From a virus, in IMG/VR virus record IMGVR_UViG_3300028837_002886, positions 66,932-130,931 of that record: 64,000 bases of DNA; one strand, given 5' to 3'. A program made the position numbers and the translations under genes. Shown here one piece after another: positions 29,317 to 40,323 of this stretch; position 1 is the stretch's first letter, and every line of letters begins with the position of its first letter. Under the pieces are notes generated by a model. The model saw only the letters and a list, made by a program, of their open reading frames with translations, was not told where the DNA came from and ran no database searches.

Positions 29317-29742
29317 CTAACCAGTATGGCCGAAACCACCGCTGCTGCGATCTGTTTCGCTTAGGCTCATGTCTGTCGATATAGACGGATGAATAACCTC
29401 AGCGAATACCATTTGAGCTATGCGATCTCCTGCTCTGATTTTGTATGGTGACGGACTATGGTTAATTATGAGAACCTTGATCTCGCCCCTGTAATCACTA
29501 TCTACGGTTCCGGGAGCGTTGAGGACTGTGAGCCCGTGATTGACAGCCAAACCGCTTCTCGGCCTAATCTGAGCTTCCATGTTCTGACTCATTGACATTC
29601 TGAGACCGGTTGGAACTAGCTTAAAGCGCTCAGCGCCAATCGTTACATCTTCAGAAGCATAAATATCATATCCACTGGAGCCATCGGTTTGTCTCTCTGG
29701 TGCTCTGGCGTTATCATTCAACAACTCAAATTCAACTAGCAT
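29317..29742 (-). CDS. dut: dUTPase (trimeric)
   Basis: SGYDI, IRPRSGLA, GTVDSDYRGE, GDRIAQ, RSSGGFGHTG. Confidence 0.95.
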   Translation of the reverse strand: MLVEFELLNDNARAPERQTDGSSGYDIYASEDVTIGAERFKLVPTGLRMSMSQNMEAQIRPRSGLAVNHGLTVLNAPGTVDSDYRGEIKVLIINHSPSPYKIRAGDRIAQMVFAEVIHPSISTDMSLSETDRSSGGFGHTG

Positions 29743-29751
29743 GTCTTCTCC

Positions 29752-29850
29752 TTATTTCTTTTTCTTCTTATGTCTATCTCTTCTGCGTCGCTTTTTAAGC
29801 TTATGGGTTTTCACCTTCTGTCTGTGCCACTTTTTAGCCGAACGCGAAAT
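29752..29850 (-). CDS. bS22-like (AURKAIP1/COX24 domain) small ribosomal protein, ATT start
   Basis: (M)SRSAKKWHRQKVKTHKLKKRRRRDRHKKKKK; SD AGGAG 7 nt before ATT; no in-frame ATG/GTG/TTG upstream. Confidence 0.7.
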   Translation of the reverse strand: MSRSAKKWHRQKVKTHKLKKRRRRDRHKKKKK

Positions 29851-29886
29851 AAGTTTACTCCTTTGTGTGTTATGAGTATATATGTT

Positions 29887-30225
29887 TTATACTTGGACTA
29901 AAAAATTGTCATTAGAAGGCTGGTAATCTATTAGGATAAAAGCAGAATCATCTCTGAAAGGGTTGATCTCTGTAACATCGGGACCATGGATTATTATTTC
30001 ATGCTTTATTGCGATAGGTTTTTTAGTGGAAGGGCCATAGAAAAATTTTGGTCGATTGCTCCTATAATCGACGAGATCAAAATTATTTATCTTTATTTCT
30101 AGCTCTTTTTCTACTTCTTTTATGAGGAAGTTCCGTATCGATTTTGGCCAACGCCACGATGGTGTGCATATGGATATCAAGAGAAAGGCTCGTTTCATGT
30201 AGGAAGTGCGTTCTGTAGATGTCAT
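29887..30225 (-). CDS. Hypothetical protein
   Basis: ORF track. Confidence 0.55.
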   Translation of the reverse strand: MTSTERTSYMKRAFLLISICTPSWRWPKSIRNFLIKEVEKELEIKINNFDLVDYRSNRPKFFYGPSTKKPIAIKHEIIIHGPDVTEINPFRDDSAFILIDYQPSNDNFLVQV

Positions 30226-30518
30226 TATTTTTCTATCGCCTTACCCTTCTTTTTGCCTCTTTTGAAGTGACGTCTCTTGAGTTTAGTCAGCGGAAGAACA
30301 GTCTCAGTGCTATCTATATTTGTGTCATCCACAAAATCGAACGTTTCATAAAACTTGGTCAGATCTTCATTGCAGCATTTAGAGTTAGCTATACGAATAG
30401 CTCTACCTTCATCACCGCTGCTTCTCAATACGGCGTTTGCTATTTTGACCCACTTCTTCTTTTCGGCAGAACTAAGTCCTTTCTTGTGCCTGTCTACATC
30501 CGACGGTTTCCAGGGCAT
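30225..30518 (-). CDS. ChaB-like small protein
   Basis: MPWKPSDV..HKKGLS...KKWVKIANAVL...AIRIANS. Confidence 0.55.
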   Translation of the reverse strand: MPWKPSDVDRHKKGLSSAEKKKWVKIANAVLRSSGDEGRAIRIANSKCCNEDLTKFYETFDFVDDTNIDSTETVLPLTKLKRRHFKRGKKKGKAIEK

Positions 30519-30519
30519 T

Positions 30520-30822
30520 TTATTTCTCCTTGTAACTGTGTATCAATTTAATTAGTTCCAGTTTGTGTATTTCTTTCTGTTCGATCATGTTGAGATCATA
30601 GATTATCTTTAGCATTGACTTGGCATAGCGGTAGGGTTGTTTGCGAGTTACTTTAATCATCTCGCTGCCCTCTTTTGGACAGCGAGATTTCTTTCCAACA
30701 TATACGCACATTGGGCAATATTTGTAGAGTTTTATTTCCTCCTCTAAAACTTTAGAGGGTTTATCAATCAGTTTCTTTATTTTTTTACGTCGCTCTTTCT
30801 GTTGCTTATTCACATTAGGCAA
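30520..30822 (-). CDS. Hypothetical protein with CxxC motif
   Basis: YCPMC...RCP. Confidence 0.5.
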   Translation of the reverse strand: MPNVNKQQKERRKKIKKLIDKPSKVLEEEIKLYKYCPMCVYVGKKSRCPKEGSEMIKVTRKQPYRYAKSMLKIIYDLNMIEQKEIHKLELIKLIHSYKEK

Positions 30823-31295
30823 AAGCTTCTTGGATTATAGTCGTTTGTTTCGTCGGGTTCGTTCGGCATCTGCTGCTCTTTATTCTGTGGTGGTTGGTTC
30901 GGTCCCGGTTGTCCCCATATGACGTTATGAACCAAGAATATATAGTCCTCATAAGTAGAGGCAGATAACACACTTAAACCCATATCTGTATATATTAGAA
31001 TCGATGCAACAAGAGGGGATTGACCACCGCCAGGGTTTGTCCGGGCGAGCATGATCATTAAATTGCCGAAATATATTTCTGGCTCGAAAGGTCCCCAAAC
31101 GTAGTTACCTTGTCCTTGTTTTTCACCATGCGGGTCACCAGTAATGTTGCCCCATTTCATATTCCATGGGCCATCGCAAATAATCTCTACGTATATTTCA
31201 ACATAATGTGTTTCTTCCTTTGCATCCTGTCCAAAGGCAAGAGCAAGAAAGGAAAAAAGAAAAATAAATGTTAATGCGAATATTAGTTTTTTCAC
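30810..31295 (-). CDS. Secreted hypothetical protein
   Basis: Signal peptide MKKLIFALTFIFLFSFLALAFG. Confidence 0.65.
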   Translation of the reverse strand: MKKLIFALTFIFLFSFLALAFGQDAKEETHYVEIYVEIICDGPWNMKWGNITGDPHGEKQGQGNYVWGPFEPEIYFGNLMIMLARTNPGGGQSPLVASILIYTDMGLSVLSASTYEDYIFLVHNVIWGQPGPNQPPQNKEQQMPNEPDETNDYNPRSFCLM

Positions 31296-31327
31296 GTCTT
31301 CGCTCCCACAGCAACGAAGACTACGTT

Positions 31328-32209
31328 CTACCGATCTCCGTTACCGGTTGATTTTAATCGATTATACGTATTTAATACGTTCTCGGCAAACTCTCTTTGA
31401 TTTGAATCTAAATCACTAAAGAGCGCTTCTCCATTTTGCCACCACTCTCGTTTTGTTATACTAGGTCCCCAGTTATAAGCTAATAATACCCATTCTACCC
31501 GACCGTCAAACTCATCGAATAAGTGTTTCAAAAACCTTATTTGAAGCTTCTTTGAATAAACCGGATCATATAGCTTATTTATATCGTAACCATCAACCTG
31601 TAAAAGGCTGAAGTTAGTGTGAGCCCTCGATATTAACTTGGCGGTTAAAGGCATAAACTGACAAATGCCGCGGGCTCCAACTGAACTTTTTGCCTTTTTA
31701 TTATATTCGCTTTCTACACTATCCATAGCTAAAAGCAGAAAAGGATCGATTCCCGCCAAATTTCCTCCAGCATATGACACTTCGAGATAGCTTTTCATCT
31801 CTTTGTCGGTCATTGGAGAAAACTTCTTTTTTTTGATGTTCGCGGCATGTTCTTGATATTTGGAAGTAATTTTCTTTGCGCCGATTAGCATGAAGTTTTC
31901 GAATCGCTTCTTGTCATCAACGTAATATTCGGCGATGAGATTGTCTTTGATGTAAAACGCCGTGTCTATAATAGCCTGCGTTTCCTCTTGATGCTGAGTG
32001 ATTAGCGCGTCTTTTTGAACTTCCCATTTGTGCCATCGCCCATAAAATACAGACAATAGTCCAACTATCATAAGAGATAGCACAGCAATAACAAGAAAGG
32101 AATGTCTGCGATGTTCCTTGAGGCTTTTTTCGTATAGGTCTTTGTTGTGTTTAAGCAAAAGTTGCGCATCAGCCGTCAGACCTTTTATAACGGGCCTATG
32201 CTCGCTCAT
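31328..32209 (-). CDS. Membrane-anchored lytic transglycosylase (SLT domain)
   Basis: VESEYN, GARGICQFMP, LAYNWGP; N-terminal TM helix. Confidence 0.9.
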   Translation of the reverse strand: MSEHRPVIKGLTADAQLLLKHNKDLYEKSLKEHRRHSFLVIAVLSLMIVGLLSVFYGRWHKWEVQKDALITQHQEETQAIIDTAFYIKDNLIAEYYVDDKKRFENFMLIGAKKITSKYQEHAANIKKKKFSPMTDKEMKSYLEVSYAGGNLAGIDPFLLLAMDSVESEYNKKAKSSVGARGICQFMPLTAKLISRAHTNFSLLQVDGYDINKLYDPVYSKKLQIRFLKHLFDEFDGRVEWVLLAYNWGPSITKREWWQNGEALFSDLDSNQREFAENVLNTYNRLKSTGNGDR

Positions 32210-32272
32210 TTTTTTCTCCTTGAGAGTCTTAGGTATTTTTCTATTTGACCGCATTACTCATATATGTATGTG

Positions 32273-33984
32273 TTATGTAAGATACCAAGTTTCTTCTTTT
32301 TCCAGGATGGCCATGAGGAAGTCTTTCTTATGCTTCGCGTAAAAGGATAATGTGGCGGGATCTTTGATTATCATATCTCTGCGGACAATGCTGCCTATCT
32401 CACTAAATATTTTCATAGTGCCCGAGCTTTTATAATAATCTTCTGCAGTTTGTTTATTGTAACCAGAGTCTTCTTGTCTGAGTGATTTTATCATTTTCGT
32501 GAGCTCGTCAGACTGCGACCCATGTTTATCCTTTTTATTCAGATAGCTCCAAAAAGATGCTTTATTTTTGAACTTGTGCCATGTGTGCTCAAAACCGTCC
32601 GTAAAATGTCTGGCACTAGATGAGTTCCACCACAACAAAACATCATTGTGGCTCCATAACAGTTGATTTTTCAGATAGTCAACAAGCCATTTTTCTATCC
32701 TAAGAGGCATTTTATAATTAGCGCCGTACCTGGCAACTTCAAGGCGAGATATCGGGTAACCGATCTTCATCCATGAAGGCACATTGGGAGCGTAAAATTC
32801 CTCATTTTGGTAAGAGTGTCCAGTAGCTCTTATGTGACCGTTTTGAAGTAATTTTTCAAAGCTGGTCTTGAGCTTCATTGCTTTGATTTCGCCAACGATT
32901 TCACGTTTAGTGAGACGCTCGTTGTGAAATCTTTCCATAAAATAGTCTTCATCTGTCATGTTTTTGCTCGTAGTTTACACAATATTTTTTCGGGCCCATG
33001 TGCATCTTTTTAGAATACAAACATCGGCTATAAGTCTTGCGATAATACCGACAGCTACAACACAGATTCTCCGTCGGTAACTCAGTGAATATTGTAAACT
33101 CTCTGTCAGGAAAATCGTGATTGAGTGTCTTGATTATCTTGTATGTAAACACCAAAACGTTTTTATGCCTGTCTTCTTTTTCATATATGAGACGCGTGCC
33201 GTCACCAATATAATGCTTTCTCAGTTCGTCTTCCAGCCTACGACCGCCAACGTACTTGTTGTTCAAAAAGTATTTTAAATGCCCCTTTCTTTGCGTATTG
33301 ATTGTGACGGTTTGTGTTACGTTGGAATTATTTATTTTATGCTTGATACTTATTGACGCCGAAATCATTTTTTATTGGGTGGCTCTTCCGCGGCCCTCAA
33401 ATCTTCCAATTGTTGAAGTGCCTGGCCGTCATATTTAGCAAACAGGTGATATATTAGTTCCAGATTTTTGTTGGCTTTTTTCAGCTCCAGCAGTATCCCC
33501 TTGAGTAGTTCATTATTGTCTGGCATTACAACCTCGCCACAAACTCATTCAAATGAGCCACGCACTTTTGTAATATTTTATTGGTTTCTTCAGCTATAAC
33601 GGGCTGTAGATCCGAATATTCCCCGACAATCAAATCGGCCGTCTTGGCGATAAGAGCGCCGAGCCTGTGAATGTTTGTGTAGTTGCCTTTGTCGTTTATG
33701 GTCTTGCTGGTGACAGTTACCTCTTCTTCGTTGGGATATACACTCGCCTGGGTTACTGGATGTGCATATTCAATTTTGCCCGCCATATCCTCTTTTAAGA
33801 CTTCAAGTTTTTCCATCACCTCTTTCATCTGCCTGCCGGCTTCTTCCTTGATGAGTTCAATGGCTTCGGCTTTGGTTATGGTTTGGGGCTCTTCCGAGTC
33901 GGGGGCGTTTTTTATGACAGGCTTTTCGAAGCCCTTGTCTAATATACGACCCTCTATCTCAAGTTGTTTGAGTTCATCACTCAT
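32273..33984 (-). CDS. Hypothetical proteins (32273..32959, 32949..33368, 33526..33984, plus a short ORF between 33368 and 33526)
   Basis: ORF track and hand translation. Confidence 0.55.
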
Positions 33985-34238
33985 TATTCATCGTCCTCTA
34001 CGTTAAAGTTATTGTCCATCTCTTCGAATACTTCATAAAACTCGTGAATGTCATCAAGAGTGACGCCCTTTTTAAACAGGCTATAGCCGTACTTAAGTAA
34101 GCTTACGCGCCAACCTGTTTCGTCAGAAGTGATTTTGAACTCTTCAGTGATCTGCTCATTGATGTCTTTTCTCTCTTGAATGAGAGCACTCACGGCGTTA
34201 AAACACTTCTTTACTGCCTTTTTTTGTGTTTTATCCAT
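33984..34238 (-). CDS. T4 DsbA/GapR-like dsDNA-binding protein
   Basis: Helical pattern LIQERKDINEQITEEFK...ETG..VSLLK...FKK; about 84 aa. Confidence 0.5.
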   Translation of the reverse strand: MDKTQKKAVKKCFNAVSALIQERKDINEQITEEFKITSDETGWRVSLLKYGYSLFKKGVTLDDIHEFYEVFEEMDNNFNVEDDE

Positions 34239-34269
34239 TGTTATCTCCTTGTTAATCTTATATTTCACC

Positions 34270-35836
34270 TTACAATTTGGTCATCCTGATTTCCGGATTG
34301 TCCGTAAACACTCCAGCAACAATTCCCGTCTTAAGCTTAAAATTATTTCTTTTTATTGTCTTATACGTATTACTCAATCCTTTTTCGGTACCGCTAACCG
34401 ACACACTTTCAGGCCCGAACTCCAATCTCATAAAAGTGCGATCAGATGCCCTATATGTATATATGACTTGGCCGTTCAAAAGCCAGGAGTCAACTGACAT
34501 CAGAATATATTTTTTAGCAGGCTCGCTAAGCTTTACGAGAAAGTTTTCTACGCCTGCGCCGGAGCGCCACACGTGGCGGACGATATCGCCTTTTTTAAGA
34601 TTGTCTAGCTCTTTGGCTGTCATTTAGGCGCCACCTTGTCGGTTACTATAACAGGAGGTCCCTCGATATGGATACGCATATACTCATACGCAGCTTGATA
34701 TTCCCTGTTCTTGTACGGTTTCTTTTTGCGTACTCTTTTTTCTAGATTAAGTATTTGTCCGCCTTTGTAGTTCTTGAGTTGTTTTTCTGCTCTTTTTTGT
34801 ATCAACTCTCGTCTATTCATGGTAAATTCCAACTTACATTGACATCATCGGCGGTGAAAACACTAGTTAACATGCCGATCTTAGATTTTCGAAAATCTTC
34901 TGGCTCAATAGAATAAAATTTTTCCGAGGACTCATCGAAAGGTATAGGTAATTTCGGATCTACGTCATACCTCAGGTTAATATGTTTCGGCTTACGATAT
35001 GTTTGGGACAGAGAGACGCCGGTATAATATAAAAAATATGATTCGCCTCGTTTTGACGAAAGACTAACGCGGTCTTTGCGCATGATGCCGAAATTTTCAC
35101 CGGCTGCGTCAAATGCGAAATACGCTCCCTTGGGTGCATCTACTATTTCTTTTACGGTCATTTTAACATTACCATTTTTCGATCTTCGGGTTGTCTCTGA
35201 AAATTTTAACAATTGTTTTCATTTCGAATGAAGAAACCTCGACGGCCGATATCTTGTGAAGCCGGTCTAAATCGTCCGATTCTTTTTCGATTGAGATAAT
35301 TTCAAAGTCGCCATAAGCGACAGTCGCGAGTCGCCCCTCCTCTGTTCTAAACCTGTATATTACTCGACCCTGCAGGGTCCACATCTTCGGGATTTCTTTC
35401 CATTTAGCAGATTCATCTAGCTTTATTATGTATTCGTCAACACCCAATGCTGGCACTAGCCATTTATAGAATATCATATCATTCTTTTTGAGCTTTTCTA
35501 TTTCTATCTCGGTCATTACAATAGTTTACCGGTCAAAAAGAGAGTTTTTACAATTTGAGATTTGTTCCTGCTAAACGCATTTGGATCAACCGAATAGTTT
35601 TTAGCGCTACCCAAGTTGACTTCAATAGTATAATATTTAGGAAAAATTAAGTGTGGATCGGGACCATATGACGCTCTTGGAACTCTGACCCAGAGGCCAA
35701 CGTATTCTAGCTGATACCCTTCGGCCTGCTTTTTGTATTCGAACCCCTTTTTGCGCATTATGGCAATATTCTCATCTTTATAATTGAATGTGAGAAATGA
35801 GCCATCGGGGGTATCTTGTATTTGTTTTATAGTCAT
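34270..35836 (-). CDS. Two pairs of paralogous small proteins in A-B-A-B order (34270..34623, 34817..35161, 35169..35516, 35516..35836), plus 34620..34832
   Basis: A: LKKGD/LKKND...KL.E.AK...W.L.G.VIY..R...F.DNP.I; B: MT.K.I.D.P.G....F....EN..IMRK. Confidence 0.7.
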
Positions 35837-36460
35837 TTAGATATCCAGATGGGGTAATACATTCTGTCTTACCAATAAACTCCTTGGACTATGGCCTACA
35901 AACACTCTGTTTTTTAAACCCTCAAACCTTCTGAATTCATTTATCAATTCCCGACCGAACCACTTTTGTTTATTGGCCTTGAAGTGAGACGGTGTCTCTA
36001 CCTTCTGCCAGTATGAATACCATCGGTCTACGTATAGATCCTGTCCTAATAAAACAATCTTTTCAAAACCCATCCACAGAGCCAACTCGGTAGCATATAT
36101 GGCAGAACTCCCGGCCCTGCGCAATCCTTCCGGACCGAAAAGTCTATTATCTCCCACAGGAAGTCTCTTGACTCTTATCCATTTGTACTTGCTGAACTTT
36201 GGTAGCGGCGCAAAGTCCATCAAGTTGTAAATATTTTCTTCGTTACCGTTTCTGTCCCAGATCCAATAGTAGTCAGTCCAAAACGGGATATGAAATACTG
36301 ATTTATTATAAGAGATGGTGTACTGATCTCTAATTTTGTTCCAATCAAAATCTCTTAATGACGCACCGGTACCGACGATATAAACCGTTTTTCCTACGTG
36401 TTTATCTTTAAAATCTTCGAATTTCAGATTTTCGTTTAAATGCTTTTGCCTTAGCTCCAT
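35837..36460 (-). CDS. MptE/Maf (DUF115)-like glycosyltransferase-fold protein
   Basis: FKDKHVGKTVYIVGTGASL, TISYN, ELALWMGFEKIVLLGQD. Confidence 0.75.
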   Translation of the reverse strand: MELRQKHLNENLKFEDFKDKHVGKTVYIVGTGASLRDFDWNKIRDQYTISYNKSVFHIPFWTDYYWIWDRNGNEENIYNLMDFAPLPKFSKYKWIRVKRLPVGDNRLFGPEGLRRAGSSAIYATELALWMGFEKIVLLGQDLYVDRWYSYWQKVETPSHFKANKQKWFGRELINEFRRFEGLKNRVFVGHSPRSLLVRQNVLPHLDI

Positions 36461-36463
36461 TTA

Positions 36464-38345
36464 TCATTTTTCCTCTTCGAAAATTGCCGCGAGCGTGAAC
36501 CTTTTGTATTTATCGTGGAAGCCTTTCGGGGCTTTATCCTTAACAATCTCTTCGATATCCTTTTCTGTGCCCGCGGTCTTCCGCTTGCTCCCCCAACCGG
36601 ACATTGGCGCGTTTGGGTCCCATTTAAAACCGGCCTTGAAGCCGGCGTACATGATACGTGTCAGCGCTACAGGATTTCTGTCGGATATCTTGGCTAAAAA
36701 GAAACGTTTATAATCCACACCAACCCGGGCGCCTTCTGAGTAATAGTAATACCTGTATCCCATTAGATTTCCGACACGACGCTCAGCTGCTCCACGGTCA
36801 TTTCATCTACCAATAACTCGTCGCTTTCGTAGTGAAACTTCTTGATGTGTCCTGTGAGCGTGAATTTTGGATTTTTATAAAGCGTGACCCACTTGTCATC
36901 CTTTTTGGTGCGGATTACAACTTCATTGTTTATCATTTCTAACTTGGTTTCCATTTTTTATTTATCCCCTGAATCAGACGGAGTCTCCTTTATATACAGA
37001 AAAGTGTGTGGAGAAAAGTGAAAGATCTCACCGAGATGATTTTCTATCGATACAATATTATCCTTGTTATCGACGGACTTGACTGCCGAAACTTTGACAA
37101 TCTCTTGATTGATCAGCTTAACCGTGATATCATTCATTATACTTTCCTATCGGTAAATTCAATCTCGATACAAATCTTCACACGAGCCTCGATACTGTTT
37201 GCGATGAGATGCTCTAGATTTTTCCTTTCCCACATCAAGTATTGAGCCATCTTCTTTCTCACGAACATTTCAGCAGGCCCAATTTCATCGAACTTATGTT
37301 CCTCCGTCAGCTTCGCCGCCTTTTTCATTAATTGTTCTTTTTCTTTTATCATTATTATCTCCAGCGTATAAAGGTTTATTTAAGATAAGCATATCGTGAT
37401 CGGCAGTAAACAGATAATGGCCGCTGCCGATGCGCTCGCATTTGTATGTTAACAAAATCATGTTGAGCAGATCGCGCGCGTCTTCCACATACGATTTGTC
37501 GCCTCTCTGAAAGTAAGTTGTCAGGTTGAGAGAGACAACCTCGAGCATATCTTTGATCGTAAAATCAAAGAGTTCGCTTTCTCTTGGACCCAGTAAATCA
37601 GGGATGTTTCCCTTATTTGAGGTCATCGCCATAACCGCCAACTTTTAACCTGTCCGCAAAATCAGGAAGGAATATCTTTATCCACTCTTTATAACACTCA
37701 ACTATATTCTGTTTTGTGATAGCGTGGTCAAAGTAAATGCTGTCGAACTTGTCAGCATTATCTTGGCTATTTTGTATCGGATATGTCGTTCCATATTCGA
37801 TTGCCTCCCGACTGTCTGTTTTATATGCCTCATCTGACAACATAGTAAACAGCCATTGCCACTTCCATCGAAACAACCGCGGTAGTTTTACCATCACATC
37901 GACCCAGATGATATCTTCGTCTTCTTTTGTGTCCAACAAATCAAATGGATGATCTATTTGGAGGGATTCGGGGTTTCGTTGTTCCAACCTGTTCAGATAT
38001 CTATTGATCCTGCGGTGGAATTTGCGTTCTTTCTTGGCTTGAGTAAGATTGTCGCAGGCTATAAGTTCAACTCTTCTTCTTGCCACTTTGCCCGTCTTCT
38101 TTTTTTCCTCCTCCCAGCTCGCGAATGCTTGTTCCAGGCCCTCGCGAAGTGTCGACTTGTCTTTTTTCAGACTCTTTTTGATGGCCCCGGCCATTCTTTC
38201 CTCCTATACGAATTTGTTTTTTACCCCGTCTTGGAGGTAGATTTTCCATGACATGTTTTCGAAAAGTTTCGCACATCACATAATGATCGCTTAACTCTTC
38301 TTCACTTAAGAAAATCGCTCCACAAACACAAACATACTGTTCCAT
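36464..38345 (-). CDS. Run of hypothetical proteins (36464..36763, 36763..36954, 36958..37137, 37137..37352, 37294..37641, 37613..38194, 38067..38345)
   Basis: Coupled ORFs; the ORF starting at 38345 has a CxC...H...C zinc-finger-like motif. Confidence 0.55.
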
Positions 38346-38397
38346 TTCCTGTAGTATATATGTCTCTACAGCAAAGATAATGCCTGGAGGCGACAAT

Positions 38398-38670
38398 ATG
38401 CCAGAGAAGAAGGGCTTTTTTAATGATATAGGTAAGCAAATAGTTATTATAATTATATCCCTCCTAATAGGCGGCTCTATTACTTTTGTTGCCAACTCCA
38501 TGAATCTATCTCGGAAGAACCGTGAGAGCATACTTATAATAGAGGAACACATGGCGACTATTGAGTCAGAGATGATAAAGACCGGTGCCGCGGCATCGCT
38601 CAATGCCTCGGAAGCTCAAAAGATACGCATTGATGTTGCTAAAATAAAAGGTTACTTAGGGATGGACTAA
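38398..38670 (+). CDS. Single-pass membrane protein
   Basis: SD GGAGG; IVIIIISLLIGGSITFVA. Confidence 0.65.
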   Translation: MPEKKGFFNDIGKQIVIIIISLLIGGSITFVANSMNLSRKNRESILIIEEHMATIESEMIKTGAAASLNASEAQKIRIDVAKIKGYLGMD

Positions 38671-39071
38671 TGAAGAAATTAATTCTCGCGTTGTTAATGT
38701 TTATTTTTGTATGTATGCCGCTGTTTGCAGAAGTTGATCTTGTCGAATATTTGGATGAATTCGGCATAGAGGTGCAAGAGTGGTTTGCTGTCGAAGGTCT
38801 TAATGTTATATACATCGCGGCAAAACTAGGACCTAACGCAAACGACGTAGCCAACAGCACTGTGTATATCATGAACGCCCTTTCGTATCTAGATGAATAT
38901 CAGAACTATGGCGTTGTTTTGGCCGACAGACCATGTGCATTGGAGATTGAGTTTGATAATGGGGTCCTGAGGGCGCTTCGAGAGGCTAAAACCGCTGAGG
39001 AGAAGTTGGATATAATACTTGAGTTTTCTCAACCCTATTACATGGACCAACAAAAACAAATGCTATGGTAA
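38670..39071 (+). CDS. Secreted protein
   Basis: Signal peptide MKKLILALLMFIFVCMPLFA. Confidence 0.7.
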   Translation: MKKLILALLMFIFVCMPLFAEVDLVEYLDEFGIEVQEWFAVEGLNVIYIAAKLGPNANDVANSTVYIMNALSYLDEYQNYGVVLADRPCALEIEFDNGVLRALREAKTAEEKLDIILEFSQPYYMDQQKQMLW

Positions 39072-39445
39072 TATATAATTATTCTATATTCGACAAAGTC
39101 AAACGTGGAGATGTGATTTATATCTTCGAAGTGGCTTTCGCCGGAGAATTCGAGCTGGATCATTATGAAGAAGATGAAGAAATACCTGTTCTTACTGGCA
39201 TAATAGTAGCAACGGAAAATGGCAAAAAGGACGGCACATTAACCGGGTACAAATTTGAAACTGGAGACGTGATAGATCCTAGCAAAGACGATTTAGATGA
39301 AGTCAGCTTTGCTGAGTTTGAATACTTCTTCAAGGCGGACGTTGATACGGTAGATGTAAAAAAAATAGATCTATTTAATTTCATTCAAATCAGAGATTAT
39401 ATTGAATTGGATTACAAGAAAGCAATAATTAAATCGATGGATTAA
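39065..39445 (+). CDS. Acidic hypothetical protein
   Basis: ORF track; ends KKAIIKSMD. Confidence 0.6.
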   Translation: MVIYNYSIFDKVKRGDVIYIFEVAFAGEFELDHYEEDEEIPVLTGIIVATENGKKDGTLTGYKFETGDVIDPSKDDLDEVSFAEFEYFFKADVDTVDVKKIDLFNFIQIRDYIELDYKKAIIKSMD

Positions 39446-40323
39446 ATCCTGAAATGATTATACTTCGTTAAAACCAACTCTCCCTCATCCTTATTTCTTT
39501 TTCCTTCTGTTTCCTCAAACATATAGCCAGGAAAAATAACCTTTTTCATTTTATATGAGAGAAGAATGGCTTCATCACTATTCTTAAAAGGATAGTCCGT
39601 TGCCACTATGGAGTAATACAGCTTACTGGTGTCCGTGCGACCGTCAAAAATCTCTTCGACATTGTGACACGAATGAGCGATAGCCAGTGTCATGCTGTCT
39701 TTGACTATTACAACCGCAAAACTGTTGGCATTTTTTACTACCGCCCACGCCAGCTTGTCGTCAAACTCCAGGTCTTCCTTTATACGGCTGGTTGTCTGTT
39801 CAACAACACCCCATCGAGTCATTGTAAGATCAGTAAAAACAGGCTGCCTAATGTTAGTGGTATATACTTTCAGCAGGGGGAGGTCTTTTGTGATAAGCCT
39901 CATGGCATAGTCTTCTATTGTTGGCGCAATAATAGATTCAGGAACATTTCCGGTTTCAATAAAATAAGTAATCAATCCATTTCTGAATTCATTGTTGGTA
40001 GCGAGGCACTTGCCAGTCAAGCTCAAATTTTGAGTTTCAAGAAGCTCCTGTACAGTATCCACGTGGTCTCTTTTCACACACACAAAAGCGGCAACAGGAT
40101 TTCCTAACTCGGCCACAGCAAAGGTCTGTTCCTCACCGAACTCGCTGACGATATTGGAGGCCACGTGCATGTTAATTATATCATGATAGTTCAGCTTAGG
40201 GCCGAATCTGTGCCGTGGAGCGTCGGTGTCGTTTTCCACGTAAAGAGCGGCTGCTTGATGTTCATTCTCGCCATGTTTCAATTCAAAGGCTTTTTCGTAA
40301 TTGAGAGTTAGCTTTTTGTTCAT
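39442..40323 (-). CDS. Degenerate PurH AICAR-transformylase domain
   Basis: LKHGENEHQAAALY, GPKLNYHD, AWAVVKNANSFAVV, ATDYPF, VIFPG, NHFRI are decayed versions of PurH motifs. Confidence 0.75.
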   Translation of the reverse strand: MNKKLTLNYEKAFELKHGENEHQAAALYVENDTDAPRHRFGPKLNYHDIINMHVASNIVSEFGEEQTFAVAELGNPVAAFVCVKRDHVDTVQELLETQNLSLTGKCLATNNEFRNGLITYFIETGNVPESIIAPTIEDYAMRLITKDLPLLKVYTTNIRQPVFTDLTMTRWGVVEQTTSRIKEDLEFDDKLAWAVVKNANSFAVVIVKDSMTLAIAHSCHNVEEIFDGRTDTSKLYYSIVATDYPFKNSDEAILLSYKMKKVIFPGYMFEETEGKRNKDEGELVLTKYNHFRI

